Both the position numbers and the translations under genes were made by a program. This document shows, one piece after another, positions 26,201 to 37,405 of a stretch of DNA of 64,000 bases. How positions within the stretch are numbered: position 1 is the stretch's first letter; each line of letters starts with the position of its first letter. The notes under the pieces are model-generated. The model made no database searches. It saw only the letters and a list, made by a program, of their open reading frames with translations, and was not told where the DNA came from. Source of the DNA: Vitrella brassicaformis CCMP3155 (lineage: Eukaryota > Protista > Chromerida); assembly GCA_001179505.1 (NCBI GenBank), contig CDMY01001057.1, positions 124,001-188,000 on the forward strand. Reading direction: 5' to 3'.

Positions 26201-27834
26201 ATCCATCAGGTCATCGTTTGTCGACCCGCCTGTGCCATCGACGGTCAGCACCACACCGGCCGACCGGCCCTCCACAGCCCAGCCGTCAGCCCGACCGGAC
26301 GAGTAAGGCAGCAGACACAATCGGTCCGCCGTGTGGCCTTTCGCTGACAATGTGGCCAATGTGTGTGCAGCTTCCCCCCGGCTGATGGCATGGCTCAGCT
26401 GCGGGCTGAGCTGAATGACGCCATCGACAAGAAGGAGAGGTCAGACGGACACCACACGGCTGTGTGTGTCTGTGACGCAGCCAGACTGTCGCGTGTTGGT
26501 CTGTGTATCGTCCATGCCTGTGAGCAGTCTGGAGGCTCAGTACGGCGATGTGCTTGAGGCCCGTCGGCGGGCGACCGAACGCGTCAAGGAGCTCAAAACA
26601 AAAATACGACGACTCAGATACGTCACACCCAAGTGAGCGATACACAAAAGGAGAAGGTCCCACACAGCAGCTCCACTCTGTGTGCTGTTGATGCAGTCTG
26701 AGCCAGGATGTGTTGGCGTCATTGGCCACTGCTGCTGAAGTGCGTGGGTTCGAGGCCAAGATCAATCGCGAGGAGGAACGGCTCGACGAGCTGCTCGTGG
26801 CCGCCTGCCAGCATGCCACCCAGCTGCAGAGCGGCGCACTCAAAGCCAAGAGGGCACCCGCAGCCGAGCAACAGAGCGCCCCGGCCGCTGCCGCTCCCTC
26901 CTCTGCAGATGGGTGGGATGGGGAGAGAGGGATGACCATGTTCAGTGCATCTCTGTGTCGCTCCGTTGTGTGTGTATCAATCAGGTGTGGCTTGCCAGTG
27001 TGTCATGAAATGAGTGTGTTGCTGAACGAGTCGTCGACTGAGGAGCAGCTGATCGAGGCCACAGAGCACATCCGATGCGACATAGACCAGTAAGACAGAG
27101 CGCTCCCCATGCCAACCAACAGCCATACCCCTGCACACGTATGTGTGTGTCAGGCTGGAGTGTGACATCTCTCGGATGACGGAGGACCACATCAAGGCCG
27201 AGGCGGCCCTCCAGACACTCGAGCAAGAGCACCACACACTGCAGCAAGAGGCAAACAAACGGTAACCAAACGCCCGCCGACACACACACACAGCCCGTTA
27301 TGCGCCTCTCTCTCCCTGTTTGTTTGTCCATCGTCAGGCTGACCCCTACTCGTCTCGAGTCGCTCACGAGCATCGCAGCGGTGGACGCCTTCAGGCGCGA
27401 CATCAAGAAGGCCAAACAGGAGCTGCGAGATCTGGCCAGAGACGCCGCTGTGCGTCACGCTGCACTCGAGAAGGAGGAGACGGATGCCGCTGCCGCTGCC
27501 TCTGGCGATGGCGGGGAGGGCACCTGCGTTATGTGCATCTCCGAGCGGCCAATCGTGGTATTCTTCCCGTGTCTGCAGGTCAGCGGCCACACACACGAAT
27601 CACATGCCGTTGCACGTCATTGTGTGTGTGTGTATGCAGAAGTGTCTGTGCGAGGGGTGCTGGCGTGAGATGGCGGCGGCCCACGATACGGCCAAGAGGG
27701 AGAAGGCGCGGCTGGAGGCGCTGGAGCGGCGAGTGCCTGATAGCATCGCCCGGGACGCCCAGCTCAAGTGTCCGATGTGCAACCAGGAGGCCCACTACGC
27801 CAGCACCGTCGACGGCATCCGAACAGCCACGTGA
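23264..27834 (+). CDS. Ankyrin-repeat, coiled-coil, C-terminal RING-HC-like protein (putative E3 ligase)
   Basis: Ankyrin consensus GNTLLHLAAINGWSRVVDWLLAKGVDAEAVNTEGLTALDEA, long coiled-coil exons, and C-terminal CVMC...FFPCLQKCLCEGC...CPMC. Confidence 0.85.
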
Positions 27835-28530
27835 CGACAAGACCATGAGATAGACCGCTCTGTATCCCTGTGCGTTCATTTAAGGGCATTCTAGTTAGTC
27901 GGTCGCAGGCTAACATCTGACAGGGGGCGATACAGAGAGGGTATCGCTGTCGGGCACCGGGCCTATGTATCTATCTATTTGTATGTATCTCTCGGATCTG
28001 ATGTATTCATATGGCATTTATCGCGGAGACTTGAGTCATTAGATGGTCGTGTCTGCCTCGATGGCAGGCAGCCATGGACCTCTTCATGCATCCTGTGCGT
28101 TGTGCACCAACGCAGCCAGTGGCATCGAAATCGCCGGCCACGTGGATGACATCCCATGCAAGACAGGCAATTTTCCACCCCTACGTGCGTGTTTTGTAGG
28201 GCGTACGGATCCGTTCGAATGTATGTATTTGTGTCCGTCCATGTATTGCAGTCGGTCGGTGCACATGTGTGACCAGTGAACTTTTATACAGCGACTACGG
28301 GGTCGTCATGGATTCAATCCTTCCGCATATATATAAGCAAGATTAATTTGTATTCGAAACGCATATGCGCATTCAACGTATTATCGATTCCACACGCTGC
28401 ATGCATGCTTTCATGAGCCATCCATTTATGTGTCTGTTCCATCCACTGTCTGTTCACGCTCTTTGTCTTTGTCTGGTATTCATTTGTGTGCGTCTTTGTT
28501 TGTCTGTTTGTTTGTCTCATCCTCGTTCGC

Positions 28531-29470
28531 TCACTTGCGGCCTGAGGCAAAGGCATCCACAAATACAACATGTACATTGCATGTTGTCTGCTGCCATTAC
28601 TTCCTGTCTACCGCATACGTACCTCTGTTGGCTGATTTGCGGTAGTTGTTGGTGCGTTTGGCCTTGTGAGGGCTGCGCTTCTTGGCCGCCGTCTGCTCGC
28701 CCTCTCGCTTTTCCTCTCCGTCCGCGACAGCATCCACCATCTCACACTCTACTGCACACATCCATCCATCCATCAAAGTAGGACACACACCACATACACA
28801 GCTGGTCTCCCCCCCTGTGTGTGCGTGTGAATCACCTGTCTTGCCGTATTCGATGAGCTGGGCCACGGTGTACGTGCGGAAGATGACGTCGGGCGGGGGT
28901 CTGGTCGGCATGGTCGCGAGGATGCTCAGGTAGCTTTCGATCGTCTGGCAGCTCTTCTCGACCTTCGTCGTCGGCACCACCACAATCTCAGCACGACGCT
29001 CATACACTGACACCGAACGCTGCACACACGAAAATGCACACCGACACACTCTCCTCCCTCCCTTCCCCCCTCCCTCCCTCCCTCCCTCCCATGTGCCTCT
29101 TGTTTGTCCGCTCTTGACGTCACCTGTGTGTGATCGATGGCCGCGTCTGTGTCTGCCGTGTGCTTCTTGTTGGCCTTGATGGGTGTGAATTGGCTGGGCG
29201 GGTTGGCAGTGAGGAACCAAGGCAGAGACGAGACACCACCACCACCACCAGCAGCAGCAGGGGACTCAGTGACGGCAGTGGTCGTCGACGGCATGAAGAC
29301 CGGCGCGAAGGGGTTGAGGCGAGACGACGCAAGCTGATGCGACAACGAAGCGGAACTCTCCCTGCACAATCACACCAAAAACAGTAGCCCATCATTGCTT
29401 GATTGACTGATTCATTGATTTACTTGCGGTAGGGGCGGAACGTCGGCACAGAGAGAATGATGGGCTTCAT
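28531..29470 (-). CDS. Small (~200 aa) mostly disordered protein with PAM2 and YxxxxL(phi) motifs (putative translation regulator)
   Basis: Five exons join in frame with canonical GT-AG: MKPIILSVPTFRPYRK-ESSASLSHQLASSRLNPFAPVFMPS...DHTQ-RSVSVYERR...DVIFRTYTVAQLIEYGKT-VECEMVDAV...KSANR-GRK*. The function is motif-based inference. Confidence 0.65.
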
Positions 29471-29572
29471 GACGGCTGCTTTGCTTTGCTTGCTTGCTTT
29501 GCTTACAGAGGAATTCACAATCGACCGGTTTGCTTTTGCTTGTCGTGCGTACAGTACACACATGAATTCGAT

Positions 29573-29657
29573 CCGGGACGCCCAGCTCAAGTGTCCCGTG
29601 TGCAACCAGGAGGCCCACTCTGCCAGCACAGTCGACGCCATCCGAACAGCCGCCTGA
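29573..29657 (+). repeat. Diverged ~85-bp duplicate of the RING gene 3' end (27750-27834)
   Basis: ccgggacgcccagctcaagtgtcccgtgtgcaaccaggaggcccactctgccagcacagtcgacgccatccgaacagccgcctga aligns with few substitutions to the last codons of the RING gene (RDAQLKCPVCNQEAHSASTVDAIRTAA* vs RDAQLKCPMCNQEAHYASTVDGIRTAT*). Confidence 0.9.
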
Positions 29658-30108
29658 TCGGCAGCACACCACATAGATAGACAGACCACCCACAAGCGTG
29701 GACAGACCTGAGTTGTAGCTCATGCGCCGATGGCCTGCATCCAGTCATGGCTTGTAGATGCGTACCTCTATGTTCTCTCAGACCCCTTCATTCAGCTGCA
29801 TGCTTGCTTCATGCACCTGTGTGACTGACCCTCCAGCGGTGTTCACGTCACTCACCGTCCATGTTTATAGTCTGTGAATACTATGTACTTTGCAAGTACT
29901 TTGCTACCGTCCATGAATTCATTCATTGTCATTCATTCCATACTTTGCATACCGATACCGATATACAGTATGTGCGCATGCTGTGTGTTCTGCAATGAGA
30001 GATCTCCATCAGACAAGCCATCAGATGTCATCCGATCCATTTGCAAGCTCAAGCTGCGGATCGCTCTCGGGGCTCCGCCTCTTTCCCGCTTTGCATCCCT
30101 CTTTAACG

Positions 30109-32951
30109 ATGGAGAGGACGCCAAAGGCGGTCAGGAAGACTCCTCGGAAGCGCCGCAATCCACCTGAGAGTGGTGATGTCATCTCAGTCGTTCGCCCCAT
30201 CAACTTACTGGACGAGCGGGAGCGCTTCATGATCAGCGTGGGCGTCCTGCCGAAGTCTCCAACGCCCTCCAGCCCTCTGCCGACCGCCCCTCTGTCCATT
30301 TCAGCCCCCTCCTCCGCAAGCAACACGTTTCTGCTGGCGCCTTCGTCTTCCCTCCACATCCTGCCCCCTCTTGTGAACCGACCTCAGCCGCCCGTTGAGT
30401 CACATGAGTCGTCAGAGGCGCTCGACGGTGCCCTGCCGCGGCGCAGCATGTCATCTTCGCAGCTGATGGCCAGTGAGGACGACCGGGCGGCGCTCGAGGG
30501 GTGGGAGGAATCGAATGGTCTGCAGAGGAGGAGCTCGTCGGAAGAGGCAGAAGCAGACGCAGCGACAACGGATGCAGAGAAGCCATCATGTGTTGCAGCG
30601 GCTTCGGCATGTGACCCTGAGGACACGAGCGGTGTTTCTTCAACGACCGAGCTGATCCTGGGGGACTGCGACGGGCAGCATCATCCCTCGTTCCTTGTGC
30701 AGGGGTCTATTGCGCGGTCACTGCATTCGATAAGGAGCCGCAACTCTCCCCCTCTCCGGCCATCCAACAGCCCCCCCACGCCCCTCCCCCCGCTCTCCCC
30801 AGAGTCGCCAGAGCGACGAGCAAGCGCAATCAATCCCGCCTTGGGGCACATCAGCGCAGACTCTGACGAGGAGGGCAGTGATGCAGATGAAGACATCGGG
30901 CCTCCCATGTCTTGTGGCGAGAGGATGCGGTCGAATCCTGTCTCGTCTGATGACTGCCCCGTGCTGCCGAGACACAAGCCTCGGCAGGGCAAGCACATGC
31001 CGTCCCTGACCAACTCGCCCGACTCGTCACAGGCCCCCTCGCCAATCATCCAGTCGCCCAAACGACGCCTCGTCCCGCCTCAAGACGAGTCTTCAGGGAG
31101 GCTTCCTGCCGTCTCTGACCCCCCCTCCCCCTCCCCCCTGCTGCTGCTCGATCGAGCGCGGAGAGCAGACCCCCACCCGCCCTCATCAGCTATCGACGAG
31201 TCCCACCTGCCGTCTGCGCTGTCTTCCCCTCAGCTGCCCCAGCCACATGGTGAGTCGAGTTTTCCCCTGCTGGGCAGGCATATGCATGGCCTGGGGAAGG
31301 GCAGTATCGTCCTGGACCCGCTGAACAATGACAGGAGGAGAGATGTTGAGGCGGGGGTGCCGTACGACCCGCAGTTCCGCTATGCAACGCCGGTCCCCAG
31401 ACACGTCTTTCAGCGATTTGGGACTGCTAGCGGTGGGCAACGACGGCAGCTATGCGGAGGGAGCATCAAGGAATTGACGCGTCAATGGTGTTGTTGTTGT
31501 GCAGATCAGTATTTGAATCAGGCAGTGATTGTTCTGGAGACGGTGCTGAAGAAGTATGGCTCATACGAGAGGTATGTTGAGGAGAACGGCGGCCCCATGA
31601 TCGGGCAGGACGCCATCATGAAGATCGTCGACGAGTACCTCGACATCCACCAGCTTAGGGGAGACATATCTGTGGTCTTCTGCCCCAACCTCGTCGCATT
31701 CGGTCAGCAGCACAAACAGACACACACACACGCCTCTGTGGGTCAATGTGAGCGCGTTTTTTGTCGACACAGCGTCGTTTAAGATGGTGAATAAGCAGCC
31801 GGTGCTCAACTTGCGTGCCGAGGGCATGCGAGAGAAGTGGGTGCAGGGGTGCCTCCACCACGAGATCGGTACCCACTTCCTCAGGCGCCTCAACAACGCC
31901 AGACAGCCATGGGCAAAACGGGCCAAGAGGAAGGGGAGAAAACTCCTCCTCGAAGACAAAAACCCTACCGTAAGCTCTGTCTGTCTGTCTGTCTCCCGTC
32001 GGGTCGGTCGTGTGTGTCGGTGGTGAGCGGGAGAATTGCGGTGTTTGTATTTATGTGTGTGTGCAGGAGGAAGGTTTTGCGACCATCAACACGCTCATCG
32101 ACCGTGAGGGCCACCATCTGTGGAGGGCCGCCCTGGCCTACTACACATGCTACATGGCAACTCAGGTCAGTCAGTACACACCCAAGCCAAGCCAAGCCCT
32201 GGATGGATGGATGGATACGCTCACATCGGCTGTCTGTCTCCCCGTGCTATGCGTGTCTCAGATGTCGTTTTCTGCTCTGTTTGACCATCTTGCAAGGTTT
32301 CTCGAGGACCCAGACTCACGGTAGGGAAGAGTGAGACGTCAACACCGGCTCAGTCAGCATCATGAACACCTCATTTGTGGTGCCTCTCATTGTCTTCAGC
32401 TGGGATTTTTGTATGCGTGCTAAGCGAGGGCTGACCGACACAAGTCGGCCAGGGGGATTCTGCAAGGACCAGGTGGGCACAAAGAAAGGACACACCGGTG
32501 AACAGACAGACAAAACCGCCTTCGTGAATCGTCTCTTGGATGGGTGTGAACGAACATGCAGATGTACCTGACCGGTGCACTGACTGTTCTGAGGCGCAGG
32601 AAGGAGATCGACTTCCGAGTAAGCCGACCAAGTCAGACAAGAACCGAGCTCTTTCCTCACCATCACTGTCTCCCTGCAGGCGCTTTACATGGGCAAAGTG
32701 AGCCTCGACGATGCCGAGCGACTCAAAAGGTAAACAGAATGATGGAGCAACAGACAGGGGTGCGTGTGGATGGATGGATGGATGGATTTGCGTCTTGCTG
32801 TGTGCTCTGCTGTGTCTGTCGCAGGGAGGGCATAGCCGTGTTGGATGGTCTGAAGCTGCCCGTCTTCCTGCAAGACGAGGAGGCGTACCGAAGGAAACTG
32901 GACGTGGTCGTGGAATGCAATGGCCTGTCCGATGATGTGCTCTGCACCTGA
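30109..32951 (+). CDS. MATCAP: MATCAP/KIAA0895-like (DUF1704) tubulin tyrosine metallocarboxypeptidase with long Ser/Pro-rich N-terminus
   Basis: YDPQFRY, REKWVQGCLHHEIGTHFLRRLNN (HExxxH), NPT-EEGFATIN, LWRAALAYY, RWDFCMRAKRGLTDTSRPGGFCKDQ-MYLTGA, LYMGKVSLDD. These match recalled family motifs. Confidence 0.92.
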
Positions 32952-33456
32952 CTGTGTGTCCTCATCATAGCCCCGGAGCACAGCACACATCGCTGTCCTC
33001 CGCCTGCCCTGCGTGTCTGTGGGTCTGCGTGGAGTGGAGGAGGTGCATACCGCTGTTTTTGCCGTCCTTGATGCCGCTTTGCAATGTGCAACTTCATGCC
33101 AGGTGTGTGCTGACTCCTTGCGCACATTTGTGGACATCCGGAGCAGATATTTTTGGCGGGGAATTTTGAGAATCATGCCACGAGGCAGATCGCCAAACCC
33201 CAGAAACCCTTCGCCTCGCCAGCCTTCGCCTTTTCGCGCCTTTGAGCGGCGCTGCGTCAGCCTTGCGCGTGTGAGCATCCGATGTGATGATCCCCCTGTC
33301 CATCCTGTCAGTTTCGCCCAGTACACCCAGTGCGTGATCTGCCCATCCTCCCGCCTCTGAGCAGCAGGGGATCTCACACAGGGAGTGCACCCGTCAGCTC
33401 ACACACGCATCGGCGCCCGCTGTCTCGCGTGCGCGCCAGAGGGAAGGAGAGAGGAC

Positions 33457-36400
33457 ATGGCGGCCACCGGCAGCAAGATCCGCGTCGGCAACATCCACCC
33501 CCTGACGCCCAAGGGTGAGCAGGCGACACCATCTCACGCACACGAGGCCTCCCGGCACACACACAGGCGGAGAAAGGTGCGGGATGAGTCATGTCGTGGC
33601 GGTTCCCCGCATGTGTGTGTTCAGAGAAGCTGATCCAGGAGTTCCAGCAGTATGGCCACGTGTTGGAGGTGGATGTGGGCGACGACTGCGCCTACGTGAC
33701 GTTCGAGCGGTCCGCATCGGCGCGGGCGGCGTGCGCGGATGCACACACCATCATGGGCCGAAGGGTACGAGTCGACAGGCGTGTCGTGTGTGGGGTGTCA
33801 CCAGGCCAGATGCATGTCGCCGTTCGTGTGTGCGTGTGGTGTGGACCTGGGCGTGTGTGGTGGTGTGTTTGTGTGTGTTTGTATTTTGTGTCTGTGTCTC
33901 TCTGTGTCTGTGTGAGCAGTTGTCCCTGCAGTACGTTGCTGAGCCTCTCATCGGGGCCTGCAAAGTGTTCGTGGGAGGCGTGCCTAACGTGTCGGAAGGT
34001 GCACATCACATCCACACATCAAATCCACACGGACACAGACACACGGACACATACGCAGATCTAACTCTGTGTGTCTGGTGTTTGCATGCAGAGATCTTCA
34101 CGCAGTACTTCTCCAAGTTCGGCAAGATCCGCCACTCCACCGTCTACTTCCACCCAGTCACCGGACGCCCCCGAGGTATGCCATCACAACCACACACACG
34201 CAACAGGCCTGTTGCACTTGGGTGTATGCTATGCGTCGTGTCGTGTCGTGTGTGGTGTGGTGTGGTGTGTTGTGTTGTGTTGTGCAGGTTTTGGTTTTGT
34301 TGAGTACGAGACTGAGGACGGTGCGTTGGAGTGCCTCAAACACTACCGATCACACAGCCTCATGGGCAAATGGGTCAGTCAGTGAGTGGCTGGTGCACAC
34401 ACACACACACCCATCCCTCCATTGTGTGCACCCATGTGTGTGTCTGCGTGTGTGTAGGTTGAGGTGAAGCGTGCGGTGTTGGCTGACAGCGACCAGCCGC
34501 ACCCCTGCCCCGCCAACCCCAAGAAGCACCTCAACTTCTCCCGCCGGGGTCCCAACCGATACTCCAACACAAACAACATCCACAACGACCACTACACCCA
34601 CCACCAGCAGCACCAGCCATACCGCACCATGCAGCCCTTCAACAAACGCGGCTACCACGGCGGATCAGGCGGTGGTGGAGGGGGTGCTGGTCACGGTAGC
34701 GGTGGTGTTGGTGCCGGGGGAGGTGGTGCAGGTGGGTTCATGGGGCGCGGCAACGCGTGGAACCAGGAGGAGCGCAACACACACGCGTTTGAGAGGCAGA
34801 AGGTCACGCTGTGGGCCAAGCGCGACCCGGCACACAATGGTGAGCACATAGGGGAGGGAGGGAGGGAGGGAGGAAGACCAAACAGATCTTTCAGTGACAT
34901 CATCACGCGTCCTGTTCTGTCTGGGTGTTGGTATGTTGGTCAGGTACAGGCGTTGGTTCGTCGTCGGTGTCCAAGCCCCCGGAGGACCCCCACGCGGCGC
35001 AGCACCAGCGTTACATCAACCCGGCAGTAACCGAGACGGCCCACCCCACACCGGGGCACCACACACCCGAGCAGACCACCATCCCAGCCGCACACGAGCC
35101 GCCCGCCATACTGCCCACACCCACACACATGAAGAAGACCATGACCGGCGGACTCGCCGGTGGCTGCGGCCCCTCCGTGTCGCAGCAGATGGGCATCCAG
35201 CAGCAGGGCGACCACCAGTGGCAGTACCAGCACCAGCAGCAGGGGTACGGCGGCGCGGCGTTTGGTGGGGGCATGGGTCACGGACAGCCGATGGGCGGCG
35301 GTCAGACGGTGATGCCCGGCCTCATGTCTGGCCCCCCTGGTGGCGCGATGAATGGCATGCCGCCTGCCATGGCCATGCCGATGGGCCACCAGGGCGGTGC
35401 GGGCATCATGGGGGGACACCCCACGATACAGATGATGCCACCCAACGACATCCACATGACGGGCGGCGGCGGCGGCGGCGGCGGCGGCGGCCAGGCGTTC
35501 CCCACCCCACACACACCCCACGGACACGGCATGGCGCCCTACCCCTACCCTGCACCTGCACCCGCCATCCCGCAGCCGCAGCCGCAGCCGCACATGGGCG
35601 GCCGCCCCACTGGACCATACATGCCGCAAGTGCTGACCGTGGAGCAGCACTGCCCCACCACCCCCACCAACACCACCACCATGACGCAGCATTCCACTAA
35701 GGCAGACGGAGGTGGCCAGTGGCGCGACTTGGGCGGTCGCCAGGAGATCGATTTGCCGTCGTCCAACCTGGTGCTGGTCAAGCAACAGGGCCAGGAGGGT
35801 CAGGGAGGTGAGGAGGGCGACTGCAAGGAGGGTGAGAAGGGTGGCTGCGCCAAGGGGCAGGGCGGCGGGTGCAAGAAGGGGGCGGATAGCGCCGCCGGCA
35901 AGGAGGCACACGCAGGTGCGTACACACATCACATCACATCGACACAAATGGATGCGCCTGTCCCTCCGTCACGCATTCGTTGGTGTGTGTGGCTTTCTTG
36001 GTATCCTCACTCAGGTAGCGGTAGCGTTGAGGACATGGTGGCGATGCGCATCGGGTTCGTCCAGGAGAAGGAGGGCGGGCAGTCGACCACCACGCCGCCC
36101 ACCACCTGCACCCTCCCCGCCTCGCTCCTCAAGGCCGAGGACGCCAAGGCCACCAACGGGGCCTTCATGATGCTCCGCGAGACATACGGCCTCCCCCGCA
36201 CGCACAACCACACACTCGTCTACTACACCAACACCAAAGCCAAGACCAACACCGACACCGACAAGACCAGCAACACCGAGGGCGGCGTGGTCGGGACCAT
36301 GGGGGAGATGGTGGAGGTGGAGTCCCTCCAGATGCTCATCGACAAGGCGGCGGAGGGCCTGGCCTTCTACTGGCACGCACAATCGTCCACTCGCGTCCCG

Positions 36401-36577
36401 TCGGGCACGGCGAGTGAGGAGGGCAGCAAGACACCCGGCCGCCCATCCAAGCAGAGCAGCAGCGACGGAGGGCGTAGCACACCCGACGAGAAAACGGGCG
36501 GTGTGGCCAAGGGGGCCGGTGCTGACAAGGGCATCGGCAAGGAGGAGGTGGTGGGGGCGGGTGCCACGGAGGCGTAG
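33457..36577 (+). CDS. Two-RRM RNA-binding protein (Musashi/hnRNP A/B-like) with long Gly/Gln/Met/Pro low-complexity tail
   Basis: RRM1: KIRVGNI...CAYVTFE. RRM2: KVFVGGV (RNP2)...RPRGFGFVEY (RNP1)...WVEVKRA. Followed by poly-Gly, H/Q-rich and M/P/G-rich segments. Confidence 0.88.
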
Positions 36578-37371
36578 GTAGTGGTTGGTCGGCCTCGGTG
36601 GGCGGCCGGGCTGGTGGGGGTGGTATGTCTGGCCACTCCACCACCCCCCATCCCCCCGCGAGACAGACAGTCTCAGTCCAATAATATAGGTAGGGGAGTG
36701 ATTAGGGGGCTGTGGCGCATGGCAGGGACGGATTGACGGATCGACGGATGGATCGCTTAGTGGTTGCGTGGCGTGCATGGCTGGCTGGCTGGCCGGCTGA
36801 TCACCTTCTCTCAGCGGTCGGTGCCTTCACTCACTCCCTCCCTGTCTGCCTGTCTGTGTGCGTCGTCGCGTCATGTCTTCCATCGCTATGTCCTTATTGG
36901 TATGGCCTGCCTGCCTCCCTCCCTCTTGCCTTGTCTGCCTGCCTGCCTGTCTGCCCGTTTGCCTGTATGGTCGTGCGTGAGGGCACCTGGGGGCACATCA
37001 TTCATCCTACCTACATACACACATGCCACCACATCCCATGCATGCTCAGCACCACACGCCGATCATTGCCATGCATCACACTGCATTCCATTGCATTCCA
37101 TTGCATCCCATCGCATCTCACGGTGTGAAGCTAGCTTATTGCGTGCCTGCTGCTGCTTAGAGGGTCTTAGAGGGTTGTTTCAATCCATGCCTATGAAGCC
37201 ATGCGCGTCGGCGACCTACTGATGCATCGATCCATCGACTTACCGATTGGCGTGTATTGTATGCGTGTGGATGAATGTGCAATTTTCCGATTGACTGACT
37301 GGCTCCTTGCACCGTCTGCGTCATGTGGCATGCGTAGACAGACGGGCGGACGGATCTGTCAATACGGTCGA

Positions 37372-37405
<34 letters not shown>

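Noticed and set aside
28398-28410. TGCATGCA ApiAP2-type motifs (also ~40510, ~44115, ~50878)
   Set aside because: GCATGC-type words are abundant in introns and UTRs throughout the window, with no evident promoter bias.
34940-36778. Long antisense ORFs over the RRM gene (similarly over the kinase, gpmA and the starch synthase fusion)
   Set aside because: Shadow ORFs expected opposite GC-rich coding sequence; no independent motifs.
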